Position numbers and translations under genes: made by a program. Under the pieces are notes generated by a model that did no database searches, was not told the origin of the DNA, and saw only the letters and a list, made by a program, of their open reading frames with translations. 64,000 nucleotides of DNA from assembly GCA_051530055.1 (NCBI GenBank), contig CM121341.1, positions 4,070,784 to 4,134,783 on the forward strand, written 5' to 3'. Shown in pieces: positions 21,167 through 32,289 of this stretch (position 1 is the first letter of the stretch; every line of letters begins with the position of its first letter). The DNA is from Neoechinorhynchus agilis. Taxonomy: Eukaryota > Animalia > Acanthocephala.

Positions 21167-21643
21167 ATGAGAAAGGTAACCAGTTTGCTCCGATTTAATT
21201 CGGGATACATTCAAGGGAGTTGCATTACTTTTGGTATATTGCCATCTACAGTCACCATGAACGTAATCTATCATTTTCTACTCGTATGGACATTCTTTGT
21301 CTTTGCCAATCGCTGTATGAGCTTCGACTCAAAAATATTTGGATGGATAAATATCGATGAAAGCTCTGAACAATTCCCTGAGTGGTTCGTTGGCAAACAT
21401 TTGGTCAAAACAGAAAAACAGCTTGAAGATGGGTCAAAAGAAGAGATGCAAGTTTCCATCAAACCGAAAAATGACACCGTCGCCGTTACAGAAACGAATA
21501 CTACCGAAATTATCGAAGGATCTCGCAAAAGAAATCTAACGAAGAACATGGATATCTCGACTGAAGGAACAACTACCGATAAAGGTAAGAAAAAGAAAAT
21601 TAACAGGGATAAAAATATGGATTTCGCCAAACAGCAAGATTAG
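21167..21643 (+). CDS. Uncharacterised secreted-type protein, copy 1 (likely start 21257, 128 aa)
   Basis: Signal-peptide-like MNVIYHFLLVWTFFVFANRCMS, Thr/Glu-rich middle and basic C-terminus. Intact in three copies. Confidence 0.5.
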   Translation: MRKVTSLLRFNSGYIQGSCITFGILPSTVTMNVIYHFLLVWTFFVFANRCMSFDSKIFGWINIDESSEQFPEWFVGKHLVKTEKQLEDGSKEEMQVSIKPKNDTVAVTETNTTEIIEGSRKRNLTKNMDISTEGTTTDKGKKKKINRDKNMDFAKQQD

Positions 21644-21873
21644 TGTCGAGCAACAGCATAGATTTATTCGTTCATCGTAGTTAGCATAGAGTTATATAAT
21701 CTTTTATTTGTTGACAAGGGGTTAAAGGTAAATTATTGATAGAGTTCATTTAGGCAAAATGTTAAGAATATAAAAAATCACACATTTTGGCCCAAATTAA
21801 CCGTAGTCGGCACCGATATTTCTATTATTTTTTGTTTGTTTTCTCATTGGCCGCTAAGTCAGTGAGGTAAACA

Positions 21874-21955
21874 GAGGAAGGAGCTGTCGCCTTGGATTTC
21901 CAGCGTCATTGACTTGTTGTACCTATCGAGATCAAAGCACGAATAACTTTGATGA
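21874..21955 (+). pseudogene. Captured MDH1 3'-end/UTR fragment (second copy at 37581-37662)
   Basis: gctgtcgccttgga matches about 15169-15182, and ttccagcgtcattga...gatcaaagcacgaataactttgatga matches 15263-15320. Confidence 0.8.
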
Positions 21956-21973
21956 ATTTGTGTTTAAAAAATT

Positions 21974-22453
21974 GGACCCAAAGGTACACGGGTCCTCCAA
22001 AATCTTTCTTTGTATCCATCGAGTTGTGTAATAAATTCCACCGCAAATGGGAACAAATAACACCTTCGAGCATATTTTAAATCATATTCTTTACGCTATC
22101 GACCATTGTACTCTGCAGTGCAACCTTTTGCGTTCCAAAAGGAATCCCAATAATAAACTCTTTGAGGTTTTTTGTATGTCCGTTCGAATGGGAATGTCGG
22201 GGTCAAATTGGACAGCATTTCTCGGAATGGAGTACCAGGACCGTTTTCCAGGAGGTAAGATTCAAAGAGTTTATTACTGGGATTCCTTTTGGAACGCAAA
22301 AGGTTGCACTGCAGAGTACAATGGTCGATAGCGTAAAGAATATGATTTAAAATATGCTCGAAGGTGTTATTTGTTCCCATTTGCGGTGGAATTTATTACA
22401 CAACTCGATGGATACAAAGAAAGATTTTGGAGGACCCGTGTACCTTTGGGTCC
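21974..22453. ncRNA. Long hairpin (192-bp arms, 96-nt loop) containing a frameshifted trehalase (GH37) fragment
   Basis: 21974-22165 is the reverse complement of 22262-22453 with about one mismatch. 22247-22410 reads PGG-RFKEF-YYWDSFW, S.M.DSVKNMI.NML and FVP..GGIYY..R across frameshifts. Confidence 0.7.
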
Positions 22454-22699
22454 TCATCCGTAAATGTGGGAATATGCAGTCGGGGGATGTCCGTTCGGGC
22501 GGTAATATCTGGTCGGAGGAATGTTTATTCGGGTAGGAACTATCCAATCGGGGACGGTTCGTTCGGGTGAAGATGTGTCCGTTCGATTGGGAATATCCGG
22601 TCGAGTTGGAAGGTCTGTTCTCGTGGGAATTGGCGGATATTATTTGCAGGAGCGCTTGTAAGGTTGGTCTTTCCTCTGATGTGGTGGTCTACTTTTTCA

Positions 22700-24330
22700 A
22701 AAAAGAAATCAATTGGAGATCAAAAGGTGTGAGCTGGTTAAAATCTGCTAATATAGAGTCTATTCTTAGTGCTATTTTCCAATTCCATTCTGTTGGTCTT
22801 GTAAAAGATGGACCCTCGTTAGTATTTCGCAGACTAATAACTGGTCGCTCAAACCTTAATGTTGATGACATTTTGAATGTTTGGCCGCTCCACCCTAAAA
22901 CCTCATCCTCTAATAGAACCTCTAGTACATAAATATTTAACCTACTCCCGCAAGATTGTTCGATTTATTGCCAATCTAATGCTGAGCAGTTCTCCATACG
23001 CTTGGAGAGATATTAACACATCCAGACGAATTTTCCTTGTTAAAAATAGGAAAAGATCAATAGCTCATCCAAATGATCTTCGACCTATCCCACTTCAAAA
23101 TCCATTAGTGACGATTTACGAACGTGCTTTAGCTCACTGACTGAACAATTTTATCATTGAGCGTCATTGAATTTCATCCAATTGTCATGGTTTTCAGAAG
23201 GGTAAATCAATTCACACAGCCCCTGCCGACATTTACTCCATCGAACCGCGGCACGCCATGGTTCTCGCCTTTTCTAAAAACCCTTCAAATGCAGGTCACC
23301 AAAGCTTTCCGGTCATTCAATCCCGCTTACCCCTCCCTCCACTGCACACTGACCAAACGCATCCGTATAGCCCGCAAATTATCCTTCTCATCTCGTCTCT
23401 CGTCCATTCCCAATCGAAACTGGTGACGTGAAATAAAAAATGTCACTGGTCTTGGTAGATCCACCCCTCCGCATCTCTCCCCAAATCTGATCTCCTCTCA
23501 ATCCATAACTCCATGAATAAAAACCTCTGTCCTCCCTAAACCTCCCATCCATTGTCCCAACCTCCCTTCCCACCTTTTGACCCGCCCATTCATACATGTC
23601 CTTCCTTAGTTTCCCCTCTCGAAATCCTAGAGATCCTTAAACGCCTGCCCCGCCATTCTTCCCCTAATTCGACTATCCCAAATTTGGCCATTCGTCTCAT
23701 CATCCCGGAACTTATCGATCCTCTAACGCACATAACGAACCTTAGCTTTCTACTGGGCTCCTTCCCATCGTGTCATTAGGAAGCCCGTGTCGTCCCGCTA
23801 CCCAAAAACGATAAGCCGATTTCCCCCACATCCTTTGGTCCTATCTCTATCCTCTCACCTTTCTCTCTCCGAATACTGGGCTTCGTTTTACAAGAAAAAT
23901 TTAAATGGGATGCCCACATTTCATTTTCACTCCCTAAAACAAACCCTCGTCTTTACCTCCTCAAACTCCGACGTCTCGGCGTATCCCCTGAACACCTTGT
24001 CCACTTTTATCTTTCTGCCATCCTCCCTTTTCTTACATACGCTTTCCCCACTTTCCTCGCCCTTTCCGCCAATGCTTTCCATTCCCTCGAAACCTTCCAC
24101 AAGAGAGCAGCGAAAATATGCGGGACTTCACTCCATCCCCTCGACGTCCACATCCACTCCATTTTCTCCAAAAACGCCCTCCGTCTCCCTAGTAAACACC
24201 CGTAACCCCAACCTTTTTCATCCCCCCTCGCTCGTACAACCCTCTACCAAAAATCTCTCTTCCCTCAAGCCCAATCTTTCCTTAATAACCGCAGAACAAG
24301 GAAAGACTCCCAATCTGTCATTCTCCTGTA
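22700..24330 (+). mobile_element. Scrambled non-LTR retrotransposon fragments (CR1/L2-like RT and C-terminus)
   Basis: DLRPIPLQN; PLTHITNLSFLLGSFP..ARVVPLPK; KWDAHI....RLYLLKLRRLGV...FYLSAILP. Confidence 0.75.
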
Positions 24331-24399
24331 TAACTCTAAAGACAAATCCCACCTCCCTGCCTCAACATCCGACATCCAGACAACTTCAGCGTCACTTTA

Positions 24400-25105
24400 T
24401 CGTAAGGAGAATCTAGCATGGGGATCACCACATTGGTCATCTCAAAAACCGATGAGGCATAGAATCTCGGCTGCCATGTCCTATTTCCGAAGAGCTTTTC
24501 TTGTTTCCTCTACTCGATTTGCATGGAGTAGGGAGAGGATAGTACAGGAGCTGAAAATGAGGGGATATCCCAAATGGATTATAGACGGGGAATCAGAGAT
24601 TGCATTTGGGTCAATTGCCAGTGTTTTCAGAAGGGTAAATCAGTTCACACAGCCCCTGCCGACATTCACTCCAGTTTTAATGATTCCAATTCGCCCATCC
24701 GTGCTATCTTAGCCGCGGACTGATCTCGTGCTTTCGACGATATTTCATTTTGTAATTGAAATTCTTGAATTTTTAGTGTTCCTCATAACATCATCTCTAG
24801 AATCAACAATATTTTATTCACGAAATCGTTCTTTTTTGATGACAACACCTCACAGACAGAACTGTGTCCAGAAAAAATGGATACAAGCTCTGCGAGTGTA
24901 CATCGCGTGATTGAAAATGATCATCAGATCAATTTTTGATGCCACTAAGATTCTAGCAAAATGTAACAACCGTAGAGACCGAACAACGATGGAGGCCATT
25001 TTAATACAACCAACGCGTACATTTACGTACAATAAAGCGGATTACATACTCCACCTACGCCTTCCACCTGATTTACGTCCTAAAGGACAAATGGTTGTAA
25101 AATGA
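24400..25105 (+). mobile_element. Penelope-like fragments
   Basis: RISAAMSYFRRAF...LKMRGYP and ATKILAKCNNRRDRTTMEAILIQ. The latter is related to the 43309-43521 region. Confidence 0.65.
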
Positions 25106-26552
25106 CGTGTTTTAGATATTAAGGGTGCGGAAAAGACTTTCTCTTTTGTCTTTTCTAACTAATATTCTACCTCATATGGGGCTTAACCTTAATCCACTCA
25201 AATCTCAATTGTTAATTCCAAGTCCTCCCTTGGGAAAAAGATTTTTCCAATCAGGAGGTTAGCACCATCCCAAGGAGACTCAATATTTTGGATTACACAT
25301 TCACTACTAAGTTTTCACCGAACCCGCAATGGATGCGGCCCGTTTGTTGTAAATCAAGAGATTTGGAGCGAGGTACTTGAGGTCCCTCAGTTTTCTGGTC
25401 GCTGTGTCACTTAAGTGGTTAAAGCCGGTGTATTTGAGGGAGATGCTTGCGGTATCCTTCTTCTTGCGATGGCCGCTATTTGTTGCTTTTTTGAGACCGA
25501 TTTTGGTGGCATATTCAGGGAAGACTCGTGATCTGAGAACTTTGGTGATCCTTTGTTTTTCTTCTTCCCAATCCCTGCTTTCTGAAGAAATCGTCCTGGC
25601 CCTCTTGAAGTAGGACGTTGCCGCTGTGATTTTATAGTGGAACGGTCGGTGGCTCGACCATTGAGGTGGACCCCATGGTGCCGTTTTTTGATGTTGCCTT
25701 TATTACCGTGTATGCTCTTTATGTTATCTCCATTTTAGATAGGGACTGAAAAGGCAAGGAAAAGCTTGCGAAATATTTCTCAAATAAATGAGTACCGATA
25801 ACACCGGGGACAGGATTTGCTAACGTATAATCAAATTCACCCCGAGGACAATGATATATGACAATAATTTTATATTGGGAACAATAAGTACATCCAATCC
25901 AGAGTTGTATCTTTTAGAAATGTCACCTTGGCAAAAGATCCTAAAGAACGATCAAAATTTAAAGAATCCAAAAAGATTAACCCTTTCCCCTCGACTGTCC
26001 CACACGGTGGGACATTTTTATTTTCTCATTCCGATCGTATGTCCCACCCGGTGGGGCATATCGTTATCGGAGCAGTCCGACGTCAAAAACGAATGCACCC
26101 ACTCAAATCCACTGGATGTTGCACGTTCAGCCGCCATCTTCTAATGCAGCTGGTTCACATACAAGAGGTTGTAAAGTGAAAAATGTAACTGCAAACATGA
26201 AGAGCAAATGTTTGGAGTTGTTTATGCTCCCGGCAGCCTTTTTTGCATCGTGGAGAATGTTTCAAGAAGTATCACACAATGGGCAAATATAAATAAGATT
26301 ACTATGGTGGTGTCTATTGAAAGGTACATTTGAATATATTTGTTTGTTGATTGAGAAAATTACACTTTCTTTCAATATTTGACGTAAAACTCGTTTTATG
26401 CTTTTCCCCGGTATAAATTTCAAAATATATTCCGATCTGGGGTCAACGACCTTAAAATTTTAATCGAGTGCAAAGGGTTAAAAAGTTTCCGTGGGATATT
26501 GAGATCATTACTCAAATGCATCCGTAAGGCTAAAATGGAGTAAAAGGAAAAC

Positions 26553-27250
26553 GATCGTGTCGATGGCAATGAAAAATGTTCAATGGAGTTCATTAATCAA
26601 GTTGAGATGCTTGAAATTCATGATGATAAAGAAAATAAGTCTCATATTTCACGATTATAAAAAAAAGAACAAGTGCCAGTCGAGAACGCTGACAAATATT
26701 CAAGGTTTTAAGCAGTGGAGTTGGATTTAAAGTGCTTAGCAGCATAACTCCCGTGATAAATTATCTTACAACTCGGAGAATCCGTTGATTTCACTAATTA
26801 TAGCCATAAGGCAGAACATTTTCAAAAAGAAATTAAATCGGAAAAACCGATGTCTCCAATAATTTCAAAATATTACTCACGTGCTTTGAGGCGCTCAGAC
26901 GCCGTTATGAACGTAAAGAATTTTCCCCCATCGCCAAAGTCGCTCGATTCAACGGAGAACAAAACAGAACGACGCGAGGAACGCGGATGCAGCGCAATAG
27001 AAAGCGGACGGCGATTTGGAAGATACGAAAAAACGACAGAATTCAGGTCCGTTTAATTATTCGGCGGTCGTTTCAATTTTTTAGTTGTCATTTTTTAATC
27101 GATAAATCAATTCGGGAAAATTAAGCATGAAAACTGTTTGCTCGAAGTCTTTTTAAATTCCCAGCGATTTTATTCGTTTTCGTTGGTGTTATGTAAAAAA
27201 AGTTCATTATTGAACCGACGAACGGTTTATCGGCAGCATATAAAAATCTT
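26553..27250. repeat. Dispersed non-coding repeat (other copies 34488-35100 and 46083-46520)
   Basis: Near-identical aatcggaaaaaccgatgtctccaataatttc...gaacgtaaagaattttccccc... blocks. Confidence 0.85.
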
Positions 27251-27845
27251 TTTGTTTCAATTAGAATTATTGATTTTATGCAGTAAATAGAAACGTTAAA
27301 ACTGCCGGTGTGGCGGTTGGACCATTTGACTGATGGACAATCCAAAGCAGTGATGCTGCCTGACGTGTTACAGCACGTGGCCCCGCCAATGGTGACGACG
27401 ACGTGGCGGGTGAATACTAAGGTTATGGGCCTTCTTAAAGGCCATCGCTAAAATTTGGCGTGCTTGTGTGTTTTTACTGAGTGGGTGCAGTTATTTAATT
27501 CTCTAAGTGTGTTGGCAGCCCACGCAGAACATCTTTCAGACATTTTGTGGCCAGCAGCTGGGGCCGATGAAAGTTTTATGGATGGGAAGATCAATTGCAC
27601 TATGCCATTACGCTCCGCAACGTTGAGCTGATAGGCGATGGAGCGTTAAGAGTTATCCGTTCTCTGGAGGAATTTCGCTGCCTCATGGCTGATGAATTTG
27701 TCAATTGCCACATTGAACCAAGCTTCAGTTGCCATACGTCCGTTAAAAGAAAAGAGGAAGCTATTAAACGCATTGTCGGGTTTATATTTTACGAACGATT
27801 CAATAATAGCGTATGATTTGTGGCATGTAGTGATCGGCGTGGTAG

Positions 27846-28126
27846 AGTCGTAAACTGGCTGAGTTTGACATTTCGTAGTTGTGTCGAGGTGAATCCCAGT
27901 TACGGGTCAACTGGTTCGAATCCGTTACCAAAGATGACGCACAACCAAAAAGGGGACGAAATACCTCGTTGAAGGGAGGAAACTCACCAATGAGAGCCCC
28001 GCCTCCTCGGGAGGTATCTGAGGATCCGGACGGAGATGTACAAACTCTTAACCGTGCATCAGAGACAATGTGGTTATATCACTTCTCTGATGTAATTGGT
28101 TTGGCTTTATGCCTAAAAAAATATTT
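27846..28126 (+). mobile_element. tRNA-headed SINE-like repeat, copy 1
   Basis: B-box GGTTCGAATCC at 27913 and A-rich tail. About 280 bp, highly similar to 28594-28875. Confidence 0.5.
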
Positions 28127-28130
28127 ATGA

Positions 28131-28583
28131 GTGTGCACACGGACCTCAGCCGATTCCTCTGGGGTGATTGAATTAGTTTGCTGTAGGTCACATGGCTTAA
28201 AGCGGCTTAGCAGACATCGTGCCGCATACAAAGGTTTGAATAAGCTATTTCCTGCCGCTTGCCCTGCTGATTGGGCGACTACGCGCTTAGACTTAGAAAC
28301 TACTATGTCCATATTTGCCAATTACTTCCAGTTATGCAGTTTAGAATGTGCTAACGCTACGGTATGCGGTCTTCTGCTGGCCTCCTTATCTAGTGGGACG
28401 GTCAGACAATTTCTGGATTACTTGCTATCAAAAGGATGTTGCTGTCTATCCACAAAAGACTTAGTGACTATACTGAAGGAAGCTGGTGATGCTTGTCGAC
28501 AAACGCATCGCGGGGTACATGAGTCAGCGACATTTCCATATTGGTATATGGCATCTTCACGCGGCATGAACATCCCTGACTAG
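28131..28583 (+). other. Probable toti-like virus RdRp N-terminal fragment (EVE)
   Basis: 150-codon open frame between two SINE copies, collinear with and upstream of the clear toti RdRp motifs. Assignment is by context. Confidence 0.4.
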
Positions 28584-28593
28584 CGCTCACCCT

Positions 28594-28875
28594 GAGTCGA
28601 TAAACTGGCTGAGTTTGACATTTCGTAGTTGTGTCGAGGTGGTCAAGTGGACTAATGCCCGTGATCCCGATCAAGGGTCAAGTGGTCCGAATCCGTACCA
28701 AAAAGGGGACGAAATACCTCGTTGAAAGGAGGAAGCTCACAAATGAGAGCCCCGCCTCTCCGGGAGGTATCTGAGGATCCGGACGGAGATGTACAAACTT
28801 TTAACCGTGCATTAGAGACTATGTGGTTATATCACTTCTCTGGTGTAATTAGTTTGGCTTTATGCCTAAAAAATA
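28594..28875 (+). mobile_element. tRNA-headed SINE-like repeat, copy 2
   Basis: A-box TGGTCAAGTGG (28640) and B-box GGTCCGAATCC (28684), with tail cctaaaaaata. Confidence 0.55.
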
Positions 28876-28914
28876 AGCCGGGCAAGAAAGGTATAGACTA
28901 AAATTTAATGATCT

Positions 28915-29370
28915 CTGACTGCCACAGGAGATTGTGAATCGGCAGACAGTGCCTGAGATCACTGACGTGGGTGACTTCCATTTTGTGAAGTTCATTGAGT
29001 TGTCTATTTAAAATGATATAAAACGCCTTTGTAAAAAGGTTCGAAAGTGCCCAATGGACTGGCCTATGTTTGTGGCTCAGAGAAACTGCATTGTTTCAGC
29101 TGGTAGTACCGGAGGTGTTTAAACGAGAATCGACGGAAAGGACGTGTCAGCTGGCAAGATCTATTTTGAGAATACTCCAACAGAGGAAATTCTTAGATGG
29201 ATTGATGTTGAACTGGTGATAGTGGCAAACAGTTCTGAGAAATATGAACTCGGTAAAGCCAGGTCAATTTATGGAACGCAGCCTATGGATTATCTGATTA
29301 TGACTTACGTTCTTATGCCTCTTGAAGTGTATCTTGATACAATAGCTGGTGTGCAGCACGTTAATTCTCT
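28915..29370 (+). other. Endogenous toti-like dsRNA virus RdRp fragment
   Basis: QRNCIVSAGSTGG (corresponding to the W..xGS motif) followed by SEKYELGKARSIYG (the KxExGKxRxIY motif of Ghabrivirales RdRp). Contains stops. Confidence 0.75.
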
Positions 29371-29399
29371 ACCTCGCGCAGTGAAACTTTTACCTTTTT

Positions 29400-29990
29400 G
29401 CACTTAAATCCAACAAATCTGCGTACTTCACTAATCCTTCGATTGGGCATTCGATTCAATCGATTGTTTTAAATTTTGTTAGAAATCGTAAACATTCGCG
29501 ACTTGTGTTCAATCACAGTATAAAGAAAATCAATGGTTCAGCTTTTGTAGACTTGAGTTCATTCACAGTATTCATGGCATGACTAAGAGAATTGCGTGCA
29601 CTTCGACGTGTCGTCAGTACCTTCCGCCTGATTGCCGAGACCATTTCGTCCCGACGGTTCCACGGTCGTTCCGCAACGGCAGCGAATCGGTACCCCAAGT
29701 CGCAGGGACACTGCAATCCTTACTGTCTCGTCGGAGGGTACCCACAGAAGCGATTCGGAGAGCGTTGAGCCAAGCACCGGATTCTCTTGTGGAGACGTCC
29801 GTCAATCGAGTTCGGTTCACCAGGTCACGAGAATCTGAAATTAGAGAGTTATGAATTCTCGCTGCCAGGGGTAAAGTCCTTAACTGATTGTTTGCAACCT
29901 CTGACGGGTACTTGCTCGCTGCCTGAATCTCCACACCAAAGATTAAGCGCCTCCACGAAATCGGACCATGAAGGTTGGTTTAAGACTCGT
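29400..29990 (-). mobile_element. CRE-like (RLE) non-LTR retrotransposon 3' fragment
   Basis: ESGAWLNAL...SDETVRIAVSLRLGVPIRCRCG...RH.LN zinc-knuckle region. A near-identical copy is at 47985-48530. Confidence 0.75.
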
Positions 29991-30039
29991 CGGAAAATAG
30001 GGCATTTCCTTATCCGGATAAAAATACTCGTTTGTTTCG

Positions 30040-30680
30040 AGCCTAATAATGGCAGTATGGTTTAGAGGAATTGCCTGATACTTTACTCAGCAATGAGATA
30101 ACTAAAATGAAAGGATATGACGATGATACTCTGACCGTTCTTTGTTATCATTTCAATGTGCATGCAATCGTGCATTCTAATCAAGATTTAAAAGAGTAGG
30201 GGCCTGAAACGGGTGTTGTCATTCATTTGAAGTTTTCTCAGGGAGGGGATGACGGACACTGGAGTCTCCCCTCGTTGGCAGCAGAAAATATAGTTCTTAC
30301 AGGTTGCAAGATGTTTCCGGGATAATGAGGGTTATTTGCTTCTTTTCTTCCAAGTGCCTAGTTACACTCCAACACTGAATAAGGCTAAGAATTTGAGTTC
30401 TAATATCAAGAATAATTCTGATGACGTGCTTCGTAATGTCTTCTCCCAGAATCCTGAGATGTCTAAAGAATGTTTTAATCGATTGGACGCTAAACTTCCC
30501 AACTCGCGCTTTACGATCAGAGTGGAAAGAGCGTTATAATAGCACTGAAGATAATTTCCGATTCCACACTTGGGAAATAGCTCTAATGAAAACTGCAGAA
30601 GTGCTTGTGATTGATGAAGTTTATAAGCTTCCAAATGGGTATGTGAAGGCACCTATCATTCTTTGAATCCAGATTCAGAT
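30040..30680 (+). other. Endogenous tymo-like virus replicase fragment: protease (OTU-like) plus helicase
   Basis: ...VIHLKFSQGGDDGHW (protease His region) and FRFHTWEIALMKTAEVLVIDEVYKLPNGY, matching the Tymoviridae helicase pattern W..S.WES.LLK.A..LVIDE.YK.P.GY. Confidence 0.8.
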
Positions 30681-30699
30681 AGGACCGGACCGCGTAATT

Positions 30700-32050
30700 A
30701 TATGCCAACGCTCCATCGTCGACAGGCAACTGGAAATTTCTACTGACGTTATGGGCTAAAAGCATTGGTTGAAATGGGCATTGGACGCACCGTGGTAAGG
30801 GAACAATTGGCTCAGCTGTCATCTGTTGAGCTCAATCCTCAATACAATCTAGAAGTCATCTTTTGTCAGTCGCCGCTCTACGATGAAAATATAGCGCTAC
30901 TGGTTTCTGGTTTGACCTCCACTCCCGGTTTATATGATACAGGTCATGGATCCGCAATGTTGCCGCCATTCAGCTTCTTCAATGAATGCTCTGCTATCCG
31001 AGGCTTTGTTCAGAGCTGACACCTCATCTTTCTACGCGAAGTGCTGGCTGATGGCGATGATGCTATCATGGAGTCCGGCTGTAAACTGGGACCTACATAT
31101 CTTCCCGGTGACAAACAATGTGGTTTCTGCTTTCCCTTATTCTCCTGCTGATGACGCCGCCGAAACTGAGATGCTGACTGCGCTGGCGAATGGAGTGCGT
31201 TCTGGAATTTTGGTGGTAGACAATGTAAAGTTTAGCCCTAACCAGTTAAGTGTGTTGGCTCTTGCTGCCAACGAGTTCCCAAGGTTTGCAGTGGCCGCGC
31301 CTGGCCAGCTCAAGCGGTGACTATCCCTGCGGTGCCTCTAATTATTTTGTACCGCGGCGGGCAAGCGGTCGTTCCTCAAGCGGTTCTCCCTCAATTCAAT
31401 GTGGTCAAAGAGACGATCGTACGTTTAATGTCTCTGCGTCGTGAGTTTTCCGCTGCGATAACCGGCTTTCATCGCGCGGCCTCGGTTTCTGCCCGTTGGG
31501 GTCCGACTAGGCATCGAAGTCGGATTGGAGGATTCACAGGGACACTTGAAGTCTCTGTCCTCGAGTGGCCAAAGCCACATTTGGGCTTGATTAGGGATAC
31601 AGCAGATGAGGACATCAAGCTGGAAGCCTCTTTTATGGCATCGGTAGATGCTTCAGATTGCTTTAGACTGAGTCTGTTTTCCTCTGCCATCGCAGTATTG
31701 GCTATATCAACCTCCTTCGATCAATATTGCGTGACAGCCCGAGGATTATGTTTTGACGACATATTGGAAACGGCGACAAACTTCAATAGTATGAGAACTA
31801 AGATACAACAGTTGTCTACGGTTTCTAGGGTGGCTCCTGCTTTACCAAATGGCTATGCGCTTGTCGACTGCAATGAAGATGCCGAGTCTTAGAGTGCATT
31901 TTTGGACGGGAACGGCGTGGGTAACAGAGTTCACGGCTATACCCTCAGAAGATAATGTCACTGACGCAATGTGGCACGGCGCCTACGTTCCCTATCCGGT
32001 ATCCCCCTCGCAATGTTATGGTGTGTGAAAATCTATCCAGCTCATTGGGA
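30700..32050 (+). other. Probable toti-like virus capsid fragment (EVE)
   Basis: GC-richer, frameshifted Ala/Pro-rich ORFs (30934-31320, 31317-31892) with a capsid-like LEWPKP segment, adjacent to the toti RdRp. Assignment is tentative. Confidence 0.45.
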
Positions 32051-32289
32051 CTTTCCTAGCCCCTGACTTCAATCATGATCACGAAGGAGATAGTGCGAGC
32101 GGGGTTTCCGCGGGATGTTTTCTTTATGCCATCTATGGGCGATGAGATCTTCAATTCTGGTGAGTTGAACTGATTTAACATGGCTAGAATTATCCATCCT
32201 CAATTTTTCTCGACAACCGATTGCAGAGGAAAACAGGCTCAGTCTAAAGCAATCTGAAGCATCTACCGATACCATAAAAGACGTTATAG

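Noticed and set aside
25994-26060. Two small palindromes (gtcccacacggtgggac-like)
   Set aside because: Probably subterminal repeats of a decayed DNA element. No supporting ORF or boundaries.
27846-29370. Repeat-virus-repeat-virus arrangement as a CRISPR-like array
   Set aside because: Only two ~280-bp repeats with tRNA-like boxes and A-tails. SINE insertion into a continuous EVE is simpler.
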